From the NCBI GenBank assembly GCA_963924815.1, contig CAWURO010000029.1:5616-69615 (forward strand): a stretch of DNA of 64,000 bases, in the 5' to 3' direction. Origin of the DNA: an uncultured Bacteroidia bacterium. Its GTDB lineage: Bacteria; Bacteroidota; Bacteroidia; NS11-12g; UBA9320. The first letter of the stretch is position 1, and every line of letters starts with the position of its first letter. Shown piece by piece: positions 32,101 through 39,568 of the stretch. Both the position numbers and the translations under genes were made by a program. The notes under the pieces were generated by a model, which ran no database searches, was not told the DNA's origin, and saw nothing but the letters and a program-made list of their open reading frames with translations.

Positions 32101-32948
32101 TTGGCAGCAAATTGATAGCCTAAAGCCACATATTCTTTGTCTCCTCCTCCTTTATTTTTAACCCATAATGGACCAATTGAAGAAAATTCTGCTTGATTGT
32201 AATGATATGGATCAAAAGGGCTAGATGATATAAGCTCAAAGGATCTAAACGTCCCTCTTGATGGACCTTTTGTGGTAACACTAATTGCTCCTCCTGTAAA
32301 GTCACCATATTGAGCAGGAATACCTGATTGAATAATATCTATTTGGCCTTGAGCAGATTGAGGAACGCTTGCGCTACCCACAACACGCACACCATCTACG
32401 AAGTATGCAGTACCATCTGTTCTACTTCCTAAAAAAGAGATGCCGCCATTACCATCTTGATTTGCCCCAGAAGTTGTAGCTGCTATTGCTCCTAAATCAC
32501 GCGTTGGCAATTTAGCAATTTCTCCAGCGCTCAATGTCTTAGAGTTTTTATCCTTCTCAATCATCGGCTTACCTGCACGAACTACAATTGGGCCCAATAC
32601 CTGACCTCCTCCATCTTCAACACTGGTTTGAGATATTTCAATATTCAAAAACTTGGTACTATTGGATGATACTTCGATATCGGTCACTTGCTTATCTTGA
32701 TAATCAATATACTTAACTGTAATAGTATAAGACCCTGGATCAAGAGCATTGATTACATATTTTCCATTATCATCGGTAAACGTTCCACCCTTGCGAATAC
32801 CATCTTTTTCAAGTTGGATTGTCGCGTATGCGATAGGAACCTTGGTTTTAGCGTCTGTAATGTTTCCTTGTAACTTTCCAAAATTGGACTGAGCATACAC
32901 GGAAGACCCTAATAAACAGGCAAATAATACGGTAAGTAGTTTATTCAT
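29166..32948 (-). CDS. Very large TonB-dependent-receptor-like outer-membrane protein (1260 aa) with carboxypeptidase-regulatory-like N-domain
   Basis: ATG 32948 gives the signal peptide MNKLLTVLFACLLGSSVYAQS. CarboxypepD_reg-like segment (GNITDAKTKVPIAYATIQL...GSYTITVKY). Plug-like segment (ISFLGSRTDGTAYFVDGVRV). Long beta-rich body ending in the OMP terminus RLGVRVYF. Confidence 0.75.
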   Translation of the reverse strand: MNKLLTVLFACLLGSSVYAQSNFGKLQGNITDAKTKVPIAYATIQLEKDGIRKGGTFTDDNGKYVINALDPGSYTITVKYIDYQDKQVTDIEVSSNSTKFLNIEISQTSVEDGGGQVLGPIVVRAGKPMIEKDKNSKTLSAGEIAKLPTRDLGAIAATTSGANQDGNGGISFLGSRTDGTAYFVDGVRVVGSASVPQSAQGQIDIIQSGIPAQYGDFTGGAISVTTKGPSRGTFRSFELISSSPFDPYHYNQAEFSSIGPLWVKNKGGGDKEYVALGYQFAANINYTADPRPGYGGFYYLKDASLQKIQENPIIENPNGPGFVYSSLLLDKSDLEWSKARKNVGAYVGNAQGKIEFLPNKSTSLTLFGSYNQGQGNNWNYSQSLMDYSNYSNSTNQTLRTYLKYTQRLGETSEDDKEKEKSLFSDAFYTIRLDYQSSWSETQNILFGDNIFDYGHIGKFTSNRVPVYQYTEEATRFIDQKGDTVTRAGFFNLVDYGTNNITFEASDKNPERANYTQAIFDYAKAAFGGSNRTGIFSDDQVIQQLGLLNGFTPGLTYSLWNNPGAGNNGYSKSQTERAAAYAQGEAILNLENSHDLQFGMYYEQTSFSSWGIGATNLWRLMPLLANSHISSLDQITENGYIIGGQHSYDDFGTFTDSVSYNIRVDKDQQKTFDKNLRAKLIDKGIKDINGNLYGETSYIDINSLDPSIFDLKMFSAADLWNNGNSYVNYYGYDYLGRRTRKKFGLNDFINDAQNKSIGSFAPVYSAIWLQDKFQFKDLILRLGVRVERYDANQSGIKDQYSLFPTYSAGELANIASGRGAALLNGYDIPANIGDDYVVYVNDINDPKKVLGYRDGSKWYNADGSELSNPALLAQNSNSGRIQPFLVDAKEGLVNESFEDYTPVINVLPRVWFSFPINSEAQFFANYDKLAQRPQNGAIFAPINAYAYLESNQGSVLANPNLKPRITTSYELGFKQTLSKNSALSLIAAYRETVGDYALVRIDQSYPISYNSYQNLDFETIKNFRAEYELRGEGRTSLALNYSLLFADGTGSNVNSAATLIQANLPNLRSLYPTERDIRHQITAILDYRFKSGNDYTGPIWGKTRVFEDAGANFIISTKSGGPYSAYVNPIASVAIGSSGRQTLDGNPFGSRLPWQFKVDANFNKNFTIKKKHTKDQYRRNAMDLSVFLWVQNLLNTQNVESVYGFTGLANNDGWLSSPIGVQQAENQVRTQSYVDMYNAKVNNPYSYSVPRLTRLGVRVYF

Positions 32949-33029
32949 AAACGTTGTTTTTATACGGTTTTTTGGAACTTCAATATTTGTTATAAAAATG
33001 CAATAATTCAAATTAATTTTAGGTAGGGG

Positions 33030-34034
33030 TTACTTTGGGTTCACAAGTGGGTGATTTCCCATCCAATTTACGATCTTATTTCCCAACACTTTGGCTAATT
33101 CTTGAAATGAATCTTTAGTTAAACCACCTATATGAGGCGTTAGAATAACACCGTTATTCCCCCCTAAATACGCCAATTCTTTCTTTTCGTTTTCACTTAA
33201 TGCTTCTAATAGTTCATTGGGTAAAACATCCAATGCAACTCCCCTTATTTTGTTCGATTCTAAACCACCAATTATATCTGCTAAGACACAGACTTTACCT
33301 CTTGATAAATTAAGTAAATAGAAAGGTTTTTTCATTATATCTATAAACTGTTTATCAATCATAGCTTCAGATGCTTTGTTCAAAGGTACGTGCAAACTAA
33401 GTATATCTGCTTGATCCTGAATCTCTTTTAAGCCTACTTCTTGTACATTTTCTGATCCAAATCCCGATGTATATAAGTCATAGGCTATCACCTTACAGCC
33501 AAAAGACACCAATTTAGCTGCTAATACACGTCCTACATTACCGTAACCAATTATCCCCACACATAAATTTGCTAGTTCTACACCCTCATTACCCTTGCGA
33601 TCCCAAATTCCATTGAGTATCTCTTTGTGGCCTTTATTAATATTAGCTAGTAAACTAAGCATCATTCCCACGGTTTGCTCGGCAACGGCATTTCTATTCC
33701 CCTCGGGGGCATTGAAACAGATAATTTTATGCTCTTCAGCATAATCAGTATCTATGTTATCCATGCCAGACCCTAATCTCCCTATTACTCTTAGTTTGGT
33801 TGCCTTAGCCATCCAACTAGCGCTAATATAAAGCTTGGTACGAACTATTAAAATAGTCGTCTCTTGTATTGCTATTTCTAACTCTGCTAGAGTGATATGA
33901 GGGCGGTAAATAACAGAGTGATTTTCAAGCATATCCAGCAAAACCGGATGTACTTCATCAATAATCAATATATGGTGCGAATCACTCAATTTTTTTAGGT
34001 AGTGCAAATATCTAACTCTATTGGTTTCTTTCAC
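33030..34034 (-). CDS. D-isomer-specific 2-hydroxyacid dehydrogenase (phosphoglycerate dehydrogenase-like)
   Basis: NAD-binding motif GIIGYGNVGRVLA. Catalytic-region motifs LNLSRG and TPHIGG. GTG start as listed. Confidence 0.75.
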   Translation of the reverse strand: MKETNRVRYLHYLKKLSDSHHILIIDEVHPVLLDMLENHSVIYRPHITLAELEIAIQETTILIVRTKLYISASWMAKATKLRVIGRLGSGMDNIDTDYAEEHKIICFNAPEGNRNAVAEQTVGMMLSLLANINKGHKEILNGIWDRKGNEGVELANLCVGIIGYGNVGRVLAAKLVSFGCKVIAYDLYTSGFGSENVQEVGLKEIQDQADILSLHVPLNKASEAMIDKQFIDIMKKPFYLLNLSRGKVCVLADIIGGLESNKIRGVALDVLPNELLEALSENEKKELAYLGGNNGVILTPHIGGLTKDSFQELAKVLGNKIVNWMGNHPLVNPK

Positions 34035-34112
34035 TACAAAGAAGCCATAATGGATTTTTTTTATTAGTAGAGGATAATGGGTAAGTGATACGATGTATCT
34101 TGATACTTATGA

Positions 34113-34910
34113 TTACCTGAGTAACACTTTGGTGAAATTTACTTTTTTACCCAAAAACACTTCTGATTCTTTTAAAAATTCATCGGTAAGATCAGACAAA
34201 TAATATGCGTCTTCCTCTTTGGGTAAATGATTATGTAAATTATTATTATTTAAGTAATCATCTACTTCTTCCGCAATAATTTTAGGGGTATGGAGCACTT
34301 TTAGCCCATTGCTAAAATAGTTTTCTATTTGCTGATAAATAATAGGGTAATGGGTGCAAGCCGGTATTAATAACTCGCAGTCATTGAAATCTTCAAAATA
34401 CCGATCAAACACAGGGAAGAGCACCTTTTCTTCCAAAAATCCATCTTCTATAAGAGGTACGAGGAGAGGCGTCGCCTTGCTAACGATCTCTAAATTAGGG
34501 TTCAGATCAGCCAAAGCCTGATTAAACATTCCAGAATTTATGGTCTTCCGTGTGCCTATTATTCCAATTTTTTTATACTTGGTTTGCCTGGCAATAAGAG
34601 ATACGATAGGGCTTATTACCTCTACAATTTGAGACGATGAATATGGGAGTAAATTCGTTTTTGTAATAACCGTAGTTGCACTATTGCAAGCAACTACAAC
34701 CATTTTACAATTTTTATCTTTGAGAAAACGGGTAATCGCCATCACATAGCCAATAAGAGCATCTTCGCTTTTATCGCCATAAGGCAAATGAGCAGTATCA
34801 CCAAAATAGATGAACTGCTCATTAGGAAGTTTTAGTTGCAAAGCTTTGAGAATAGTAAGTCCTCCAAGCCCTGAGTCAAAAACACCTATAGGTTGTGACG
34901 CCTCGATAAT
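34113..34910 (-). CDS. murI: Glutamate racemase MurI (start codon apparently non-canonical)
   Basis: Catalytic Cys contexts VVACNSATT and IPACTHYPI. The conserved N-terminal PIGVFDSGLGGLT is encoded in frame upstream of the listed TTG. No ATG, GTG or TTG lies between it and the in-frame TAG at 34926-34928. ATT 34910 or ATC 34907 are the only plausible starts. Confidence 0.8.
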   Translation of the reverse strand: MIEASQPIGVFDSGLGGLTILKALQLKLPNEQFIYFGDTAHLPYGDKSEDALIGYVMAITRFLKDKNCKMVVVACNSATTVITKTNLLPYSSSQIVEVISPIVSLIARQTKYKKIGIIGTRKTINSGMFNQALADLNPNLEIVSKATPLLVPLIEDGFLEEKVLFPVFDRYFEDFNDCELLIPACTHYPIIYQQIENYFSNGLKVLHTPKIIAEEVDDYLNNNNLHNHLPKEEDAYYLSDLTDEFLKESEVFLGKKVNFTKVLLR

Positions 34911-34914
34911 AGTA

Positions 34915-35424
34915 TTATTTAAGACCTAACTTAGCTTTTACAAGAGCCATAATATCATAAGAAGCATCGCTGTAGATAATGCTGCTGCCATCTGTAGTAT
35001 CCATTACATAAGCGTAACCATTTGCTTTAGCTACTTCGGCAATAGTCTTCTTTACTTTTTCTAACAATGGAGCAAGTAGCTCTTCTTGTTTGCGTTGCAA
35101 TTCTTCACTAGCTCTCTGGTTCAGTTCTTGTAATTGTTTTTGAAGATTTTCAATTTCCTGAGCTTTTATTTCCAACATCGCTTTAGACGCATTTGGATCC
35201 TCAGTTTGTTTCAAATAACTCTCGTACTTGGTTCTTGTCTCATTTTGTTTGTCCGCAAGTATTTGTTGCCACTGCTCTTGCTCTTTCATTAATTTTTTTT
35301 GTATGCTATCGGCCTCAGGCATTGCTTCAATAAGCTGGCTGCTATTGATATGTGCTACCTTAGTCTGGGCTTGTACTGCCACAAAGGCAAATAACATTAC
35401 GAAAATTCCAACTGCGTTTCTCAT
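34915..35424 (-). CDS. OmpH/Skp-family periplasmic chaperone
   Basis: Signal peptide, Q/E/K-rich coiled-coil body, 169 aa. It sits in the conserved ompH-ompH-murI arrangement of Bacteroidota. Confidence 0.8.
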   Translation of the reverse strand: MRNAVGIFVMLFAFVAVQAQTKVAHINSSQLIEAMPEADSIQKKLMKEQEQWQQILADKQNETRTKYESYLKQTEDPNASKAMLEIKAQEIENLQKQLQELNQRASEELQRKQEELLAPLLEKVKKTIAEVAKANGYAYVMDTTDGSSIIYSDASYDIMALVKAKLGLK

Positions 35425-35469
35425 CTGGTTTATTATAATTTATATTTAATTGTTTGTAATTTTAAACTT

Positions 35470-36069
35470 TTAACGTGGAGGCAGATCATCAACTGTATTA
35501 TCACGACTTCCTGGGGGTAAGTTGGCATCATCTTTCCCTCCATTAGTTGAAACTACCCCTAACTCTTCTAACACCTCTCCACTTCTATCGTACTTAGAAT
35601 TGGCTACAAGCATAAGCATATCTCCGCTTTTATCAAAAATAAAATCCAAGCCATTAGACTTTGCTATTTTATTTATTGCTTCATATACTTTGTCTTGAAG
35701 GGGTTTTACTAACTCCGCTCGTTTCTTAAATAATTCGCCCTCATAACCAAACTTATCATTCTGAAGCTTTTTCGCCGCTCGTTCCTTCTCAATGATTTCG
35801 TTTTCACGTTTAGTTTGGACATCTTTTGTCATAATTACTTTTTCTGCTTGATACTGCTTGTACATCTTATCTACTTCAGCAAATTGAGCATCAATTTCTT
35901 CTTGCCATTGTTTGCTTATTTCATTAAGCTCTGCTTGCGCTGATTTGTATGCCGGCAGTTGACTAAGGATATATTCAGAATCTACATACGCAAATTTCTG
36001 TGCAGAAACCTGCAAGCTAAAGATAGCACTAAAGGCTAGAAGGAGTGTTGTTTTAATAAGTACTTTCAT
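35470..36069 (-). CDS. OmpH/Skp-family periplasmic chaperone (second copy)
   Basis: Signal peptide MKVLIKTTLLLAFSAIFSLQVSAQ. Coiled-coil body. Low-complexity C-terminal tail. Confidence 0.8.
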   Translation of the reverse strand: MKVLIKTTLLLAFSAIFSLQVSAQKFAYVDSEYILSQLPAYKSAQAELNEISKQWQEEIDAQFAEVDKMYKQYQAEKVIMTKDVQTKRENEIIEKERAAKKLQNDKFGYEGELFKKRAELVKPLQDKVYEAINKIAKSNGLDFIFDKSGDMLMLVANSKYDRSGEVLEELGVVSTNGGKDDANLPPGSRDNTVDDLPPR

Positions 36070-36205
36070 TATGATCTCGTTTCATTCATAAATAACATAA
36101 ATGATGCTAGATTGCCTAACGTGATGCAAACATATAAAAAATACCCACTGTTACTTAATTTGGGGGAATTTTTACGCACAGAATAACTGTAGGGTATAAC
36201 GTACA

Positions 36206-36742
36206 CTAGTGTTTTAACCTTATGGTCTCTGTCTGAATAGTATTGCTCACATTAAGCGCCCGATCTAGTAACGCTATTTTTAGTTTAAGTGAATCCGGTT
36301 TAGATAACAGTGGATTGGCAGAAAGCTTAATGGATATGTTACCCTTAATTGCTTTGTATTTGCCGGCAGGAGTAAGTACCGGTATGCGCTCATGCTGATT
36401 GCCATATGGAGCACCTAATTGATCTTTTAGTTCTATAAAAGCGCCAGAAGCATCCACTACTAAATACGTAACTGGTAAATTATGAAAATATGCACTCCCA
36501 AAATTGAACGGTGCTGCGGTATCGCTACTGGTTAAACCAATGTCTCCATCCCCATCTTGAAAACCAATAACAAGCACTATTAAACTATCATTCCCTAACG
36601 TGTCTTGCAAAAGAGAAACTTCATTCAAGCTAATTTCAGGCACATTACTAAAAGACACTTCATCAGATTTACAACTGTATACATGAAATAGTATCAGTAG
36701 AGAAACTACTTTTGCGGTATATATGGTCCATTTGCCTAGCAT
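36206..36742 (-). CDS. Hypothetical lipoprotein
   Basis: ATG 36742 gives MLGKWTIYTAKVVSLLILFHVYSC with a lipobox-like Cys. No recognisable domain. Confidence 0.5.
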   Translation of the reverse strand: MLGKWTIYTAKVVSLLILFHVYSCKSDEVSFSNVPEISLNEVSLLQDTLGNDSLIVLVIGFQDGDGDIGLTSSDTAAPFNFGSAYFHNLPVTYLVVDASGAFIELKDQLGAPYGNQHERIPVLTPAGKYKAIKGNISIKLSANPLLSKPDSLKLKIALLDRALNVSNTIQTETIRLKH

Positions 36743-37691
36743 AGAAAATATTTGGAATATCTCAGAGCACAATTTTAACGAGATATCGCTAAAGATATTT
36801 CGATTTCAGGCAAAAAATAATTCAGTATATGCTCAATACCTTGATTTAATTGACCAAGATGCTTCTAAAATTGACCGTTACACTCAAATACCCTGTTTGC
36901 CCATTACATTTTTTAAAACGCATAAGGTTACAACAGGAGATTTTGAATCTTCCATAATTTTTGAGAGTAGCAGTACCACCGGAATGGGAGTATCTAAAAA
37001 TTACATACAAAATATTTCCCATTATCATCAAAACTGTCTGCAGATCATAGAACAAAAATTAGGAGACATTCGAGAATATGAAATTTTTGGGCTTTTGCCT
37101 AATTATTTAGAACGCCAGCATTCTTCTTTAGTTAGTATGGTTGAATTTCTGATGCATCACAACAAACAAGATGATGGTTTTTACCTCTATAATCACCAAG
37201 CCTTAATTGATCGAATTGATGCTTCTACAAAGAAGATACTTCTTTTTGGGGTAAGCTTTGCTTTGCTCGATTTTGCAGAGCAATACACAACTACCAAGGA
37301 AATAACCGTAATAGAAACTGGCGGGATGAAGGGTCGTAAAAAAGAAATCACCAAAGAGGAGGTCTATACAGAGTTGAAAACAGCCTTTATAAATGGTGCC
37401 ATTATTTCTGAATATGGTATGACGGAGTTACTAAGCCAAGCTTACTCAAATGATAAAGGTATTTACACTAGCCCATCTTGGATGAAGGTATTACCCAGAG
37501 CAGACAACGACCCACTTAGTCACGCTGTCACAGGCCAATCGGCAGCGCTTAACATTATTGACCTTGCCAATTTGAATTCCTGTTGCTTTATAGCTACAGA
37601 TGATTTAGGTAAAGTTCACTACAACGGGCAATTTGAGGTTTTAGGTCGTTTAGATTATGCGGATATTAGAGGTTGCAGTTTGATGATTTAA
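36723..37691 (+). CDS. LuxE/PaaK-like acyl-protein synthetase / acyl-adenylate-forming enzyme family protein
   Basis: The N-terminal pattern FNEISLKIFRFQAKNNSVYAQYL and the internal ETGGMKGRKKE (adenylate-forming GGxKG-like) resemble flavobacterial LuxE-family proteins. The call is by resemblance. Confidence 0.55.
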   Translation: MVHLPSIENIWNISEHNFNEISLKIFRFQAKNNSVYAQYLDLIDQDASKIDRYTQIPCLPITFFKTHKVTTGDFESSIIFESSSTTGMGVSKNYIQNISHYHQNCLQIIEQKLGDIREYEIFGLLPNYLERQHSSLVSMVEFLMHHNKQDDGFYLYNHQALIDRIDASTKKILLFGVSFALLDFAEQYTTTKEITVIETGGMKGRKKEITKEEVYTELKTAFINGAIISEYGMTELLSQAYSNDKGIYTSPSWMKVLPRADNDPLSHAVTGQSAALNIIDLANLNSCCFIATDDLGKVHYNGQFEVLGRLDYADIRGCSLMI

Positions 37692-37693
37692 CA

Positions 37694-37996
37694 TCATTTT
37701 GATTCATTTTCAGTTACTTCCGATAGATGATTTAGTTTATCAGACTGATGTTCTTCCCACGTTTTATGCCCAAATTTAGGAGCAGGTGGCTCCTTATAAT
37801 CAGGGCGAGAAATGACATATCTGTTCTATCTTATTTGAAGTACCCCATATAATACGGATACCATAGATATATATAAGAACTTCTTCCAAGAGAAATTAAA
37901 GTCATCACCAAAACCCAATGCCACAATTAAAATTAGCGCCTGATAGGACGCTATCTTTAAAATATTGGTGACCGTATATCTTGTACTAATCTTCAT
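37694..37996 (-). pseudogene. Small two-TM membrane-protein ORF interrupted by a single in-frame TAG (37826-37828): nonsense pseudogene, readthrough gene or sequence error
   Basis: ATG 37996 opens 56 codons (MKISTRYTVTNILKIASYQALILIVALGFGDDFNFSWKKFLYISMVSVLYGVLQIR) that end in TAG. The same frame then stays open for 43 more codons (NRYVISRPDYKEPPAPKFGHKTWEEHQSDKLNHLSEVTENESK) to TGA 37694-37696. Together they fill the gap between the LuxE-like gene and frr. Both halves are below the ORF-track cut-off. Confidence 0.35.
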
Positions 37997-38049
37997 ATTA
38001 ACCGATTGTAGACCAGTGTTTATGTTGTCTTATGAGGAAACAATAATTA

Positions 38050-38613
38050 TTATATGGTCATTATTTCTTTTTCTTTAATCACTATAGCCTCGTCTATGCG
38101 CACGCTATATGACTCTATTACTTTTTGCACATCTGCTTCAGCGTCTTTTGCCATATCCTCACTTAGACCATCTTTTTGCAACAATTTTATCATGTCAATC
38201 GCATCCTTACGCGCACCTCTAAGGCCTATCTTACCATGCTCATTTTCTGCTTTTGCTAGTTTTACAATACCTAAACGTCTTTCTTCGGTAAGTGGGGGAA
38301 CGTTAATTATAACTTGCTCGCCATCATTCTGGGGATTTAATCCGATGTTAGCATACATAATCGCTTTGCCAATCTCTTCTAACATTCCTTTTTCCCAAGG
38401 TTTAACAATGATAGTCTTTGCATCTGGCGTGTTGATATTAGCAACTTGACTGAGCGGCAATTTACTCCCATAGTATTCTACCATTACGCTGTCTAGCATA
38501 CTTGGCGTAGCCCTTCCGGCTCTTAGTTTCGCTAATTCTGTAAATACGTGATTTAGACTTTTTTGAGCTGACTCACGCAACTCATCCATTATCATTTTAA
38601 TATCCTCATTCAT
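38050..38613 (-). CDS. frr: Ribosome recycling factor
   Basis: Full-length RRF-like sequence (RAGRATPSMLD, LNPQNDG, PPLTEERR). 187 aa. Confidence 0.95.
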   Translation of the reverse strand: MNEDIKMIMDELRESAQKSLNHVFTELAKLRAGRATPSMLDSVMVEYYGSKLPLSQVANINTPDAKTIIVKPWEKGMLEEIGKAIMYANIGLNPQNDGEQVIINVPPLTEERRLGIVKLAKAENEHGKIGLRGARKDAIDMIKLLQKDGLSEDMAKDAEADVQKVIESYSVRIDEAIVIKEKEIMTI

Positions 38614-38665
38614 ATAGAAGTGTTTTTTTTCCTAACTCTGCAAAGAAAATTAAATATTGCTTGTC

Positions 38666-39568
38666 TTACAAAATTAATATCTTGTATAAATACAATGCCA
38701 TGAAAGCAATCGAAACTAAGCTTGCAAAAGCCGCGTTTGCAAAAACGGATGTTTTCTTATACCCAAAGGCAAAACTGAGCAAGATTGTGCTTGACATGAG
38801 CACATAGATCATTAAGTTTAGCTCTGCCGTCAAAATGATAAGAGCAACAGCAATAGCTGCCTGAATCAACATCGTGTAATTTAAAATTTTTGATTTATTT
38901 GGGAATCTAAATTGGTAACTATTGATACCTAAAAAATGAACCACAATGCAAAGTATTATAAATGGCACAAATAGCTTAACTAGGATAGTGTTAAAAACGG
39001 AATAATCTAAGGAAAGTGAAGGCACTAAGCTTTCCATTTGAGGAGAGAGTTCCATTACAAAAAGCAGTCCCAGATACGAAAAAACGACCATCAAAAAATA
39101 GACAATACTAAGTACAAAGTTTCTAGCTTCTCTTATTCCTGTTCGTACAAAAAGAACAAAAAAAGGAAACATAAGCAGTATACTGATATTACTAACAGCC
39201 TGAGCAATCCCCAATAAAATACCAAACAGCATCATAAGCGTAGAAGATTTCTCGGGGTTACTTCCCGCTTCAAAAGCTAAAAAGAAAGCACTCAAACATA
39301 TTGCTCCATAAACGAGGTCACCAAAAGCCAATGCCGGCATTAACAGAACAGACAAAACTGAAAAGACAACTAAGGGCAGGTGTGATTTTTGACCGAGAAT
39401 CCCGTTTTTATAACAAAAATAGTCCAACACTAAGCCTTCTATTAAGAGTAAAAAGACCTTGGCGGTCGACATATAGGAATAATCCCCTATGATAACATAA
39501 AACCCAAATAAAGTGAGGCAAGCCACTATAAATGATGTGAAAATTTTATGTGTCAGATAGTGAATCAA
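38666..39568 (-). CDS. Polytopic membrane protein of unknown function
   Basis: About 9-10 hydrophobic helices and no motif I recognise. The start overlaps the stop of the upstream ORF by 4 nt. Confidence 0.6.
   Translation of the reverse strand: MIHYLTHKIFTSFIVACLTLFGFYVIIGDYSYMSTAKVFLLLIEGLVLDYFCYKNGILGQKSHLPLVVFSVLSVLLMPALAFGDLVYGAICLSAFFLAFEAGSNPEKSSTLMMLFGILLGIAQAVSNISILLMFPFFVLFVRTGIREARNFVLSIVYFLMVVFSYLGLLFVMELSPQMESLVPSLSLDYSVFNTILVKLFVPFIILCIVVHFLGINSYQFRFPNKSKILNYTMLIQAAIAVALIILTAELNLMIYVLMSSTILLSFAFGYKKTSVFANAAFASLVSIAFMALYLYKILIL

Noticed and set aside
25235-32948. Interpreting the TBDR plus its downstream gene as a SusC/SusD-type polysaccharide utilisation locus.
   Set aside because: The downstream protein is 1299 aa and beta-rich, and it has a CTD-like tail. 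A SusD is an alpha-helical lipoprotein of about 550 aa. No glycoside hydrolases or hybrid two-component or ECF/anti-sigma regulators are adjacent.
22509-33011. Long N-terminal extensions in the ORF track for ruvC (22509), greA (24076), the 1316-aa ORF (29185) and the 1281-aa ORF (33011).
   Set aside because: In each case an internal start gives a canonical N-terminus or signal peptide. The extensions overlap neighbouring genes or a terminator hairpin, so I trimmed them to 22572, 24010, 29134 and 32948.
34113-36069. The ompH-ompH-murI block lacks an adjacent bamA upstream. A hypothetical lipoprotein gene (36206-36742) sits there instead.
   Set aside because: This is probably just a lineage-specific rearrangement. 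It carries no functional implication that I can support from the sequence alone.
36723-36742. 20-bp head-to-head overlap of the divergent lipoprotein and LuxE-like genes, and a similar overlap at 51014-51050 for the thioesterase and histidine phosphatase genes.
   Set aside because: This is most likely start-codon ambiguity rather than true overlapping divergent coding. Alternative downstream starts exist for at least one partner in the second pair. I saw no further signal.
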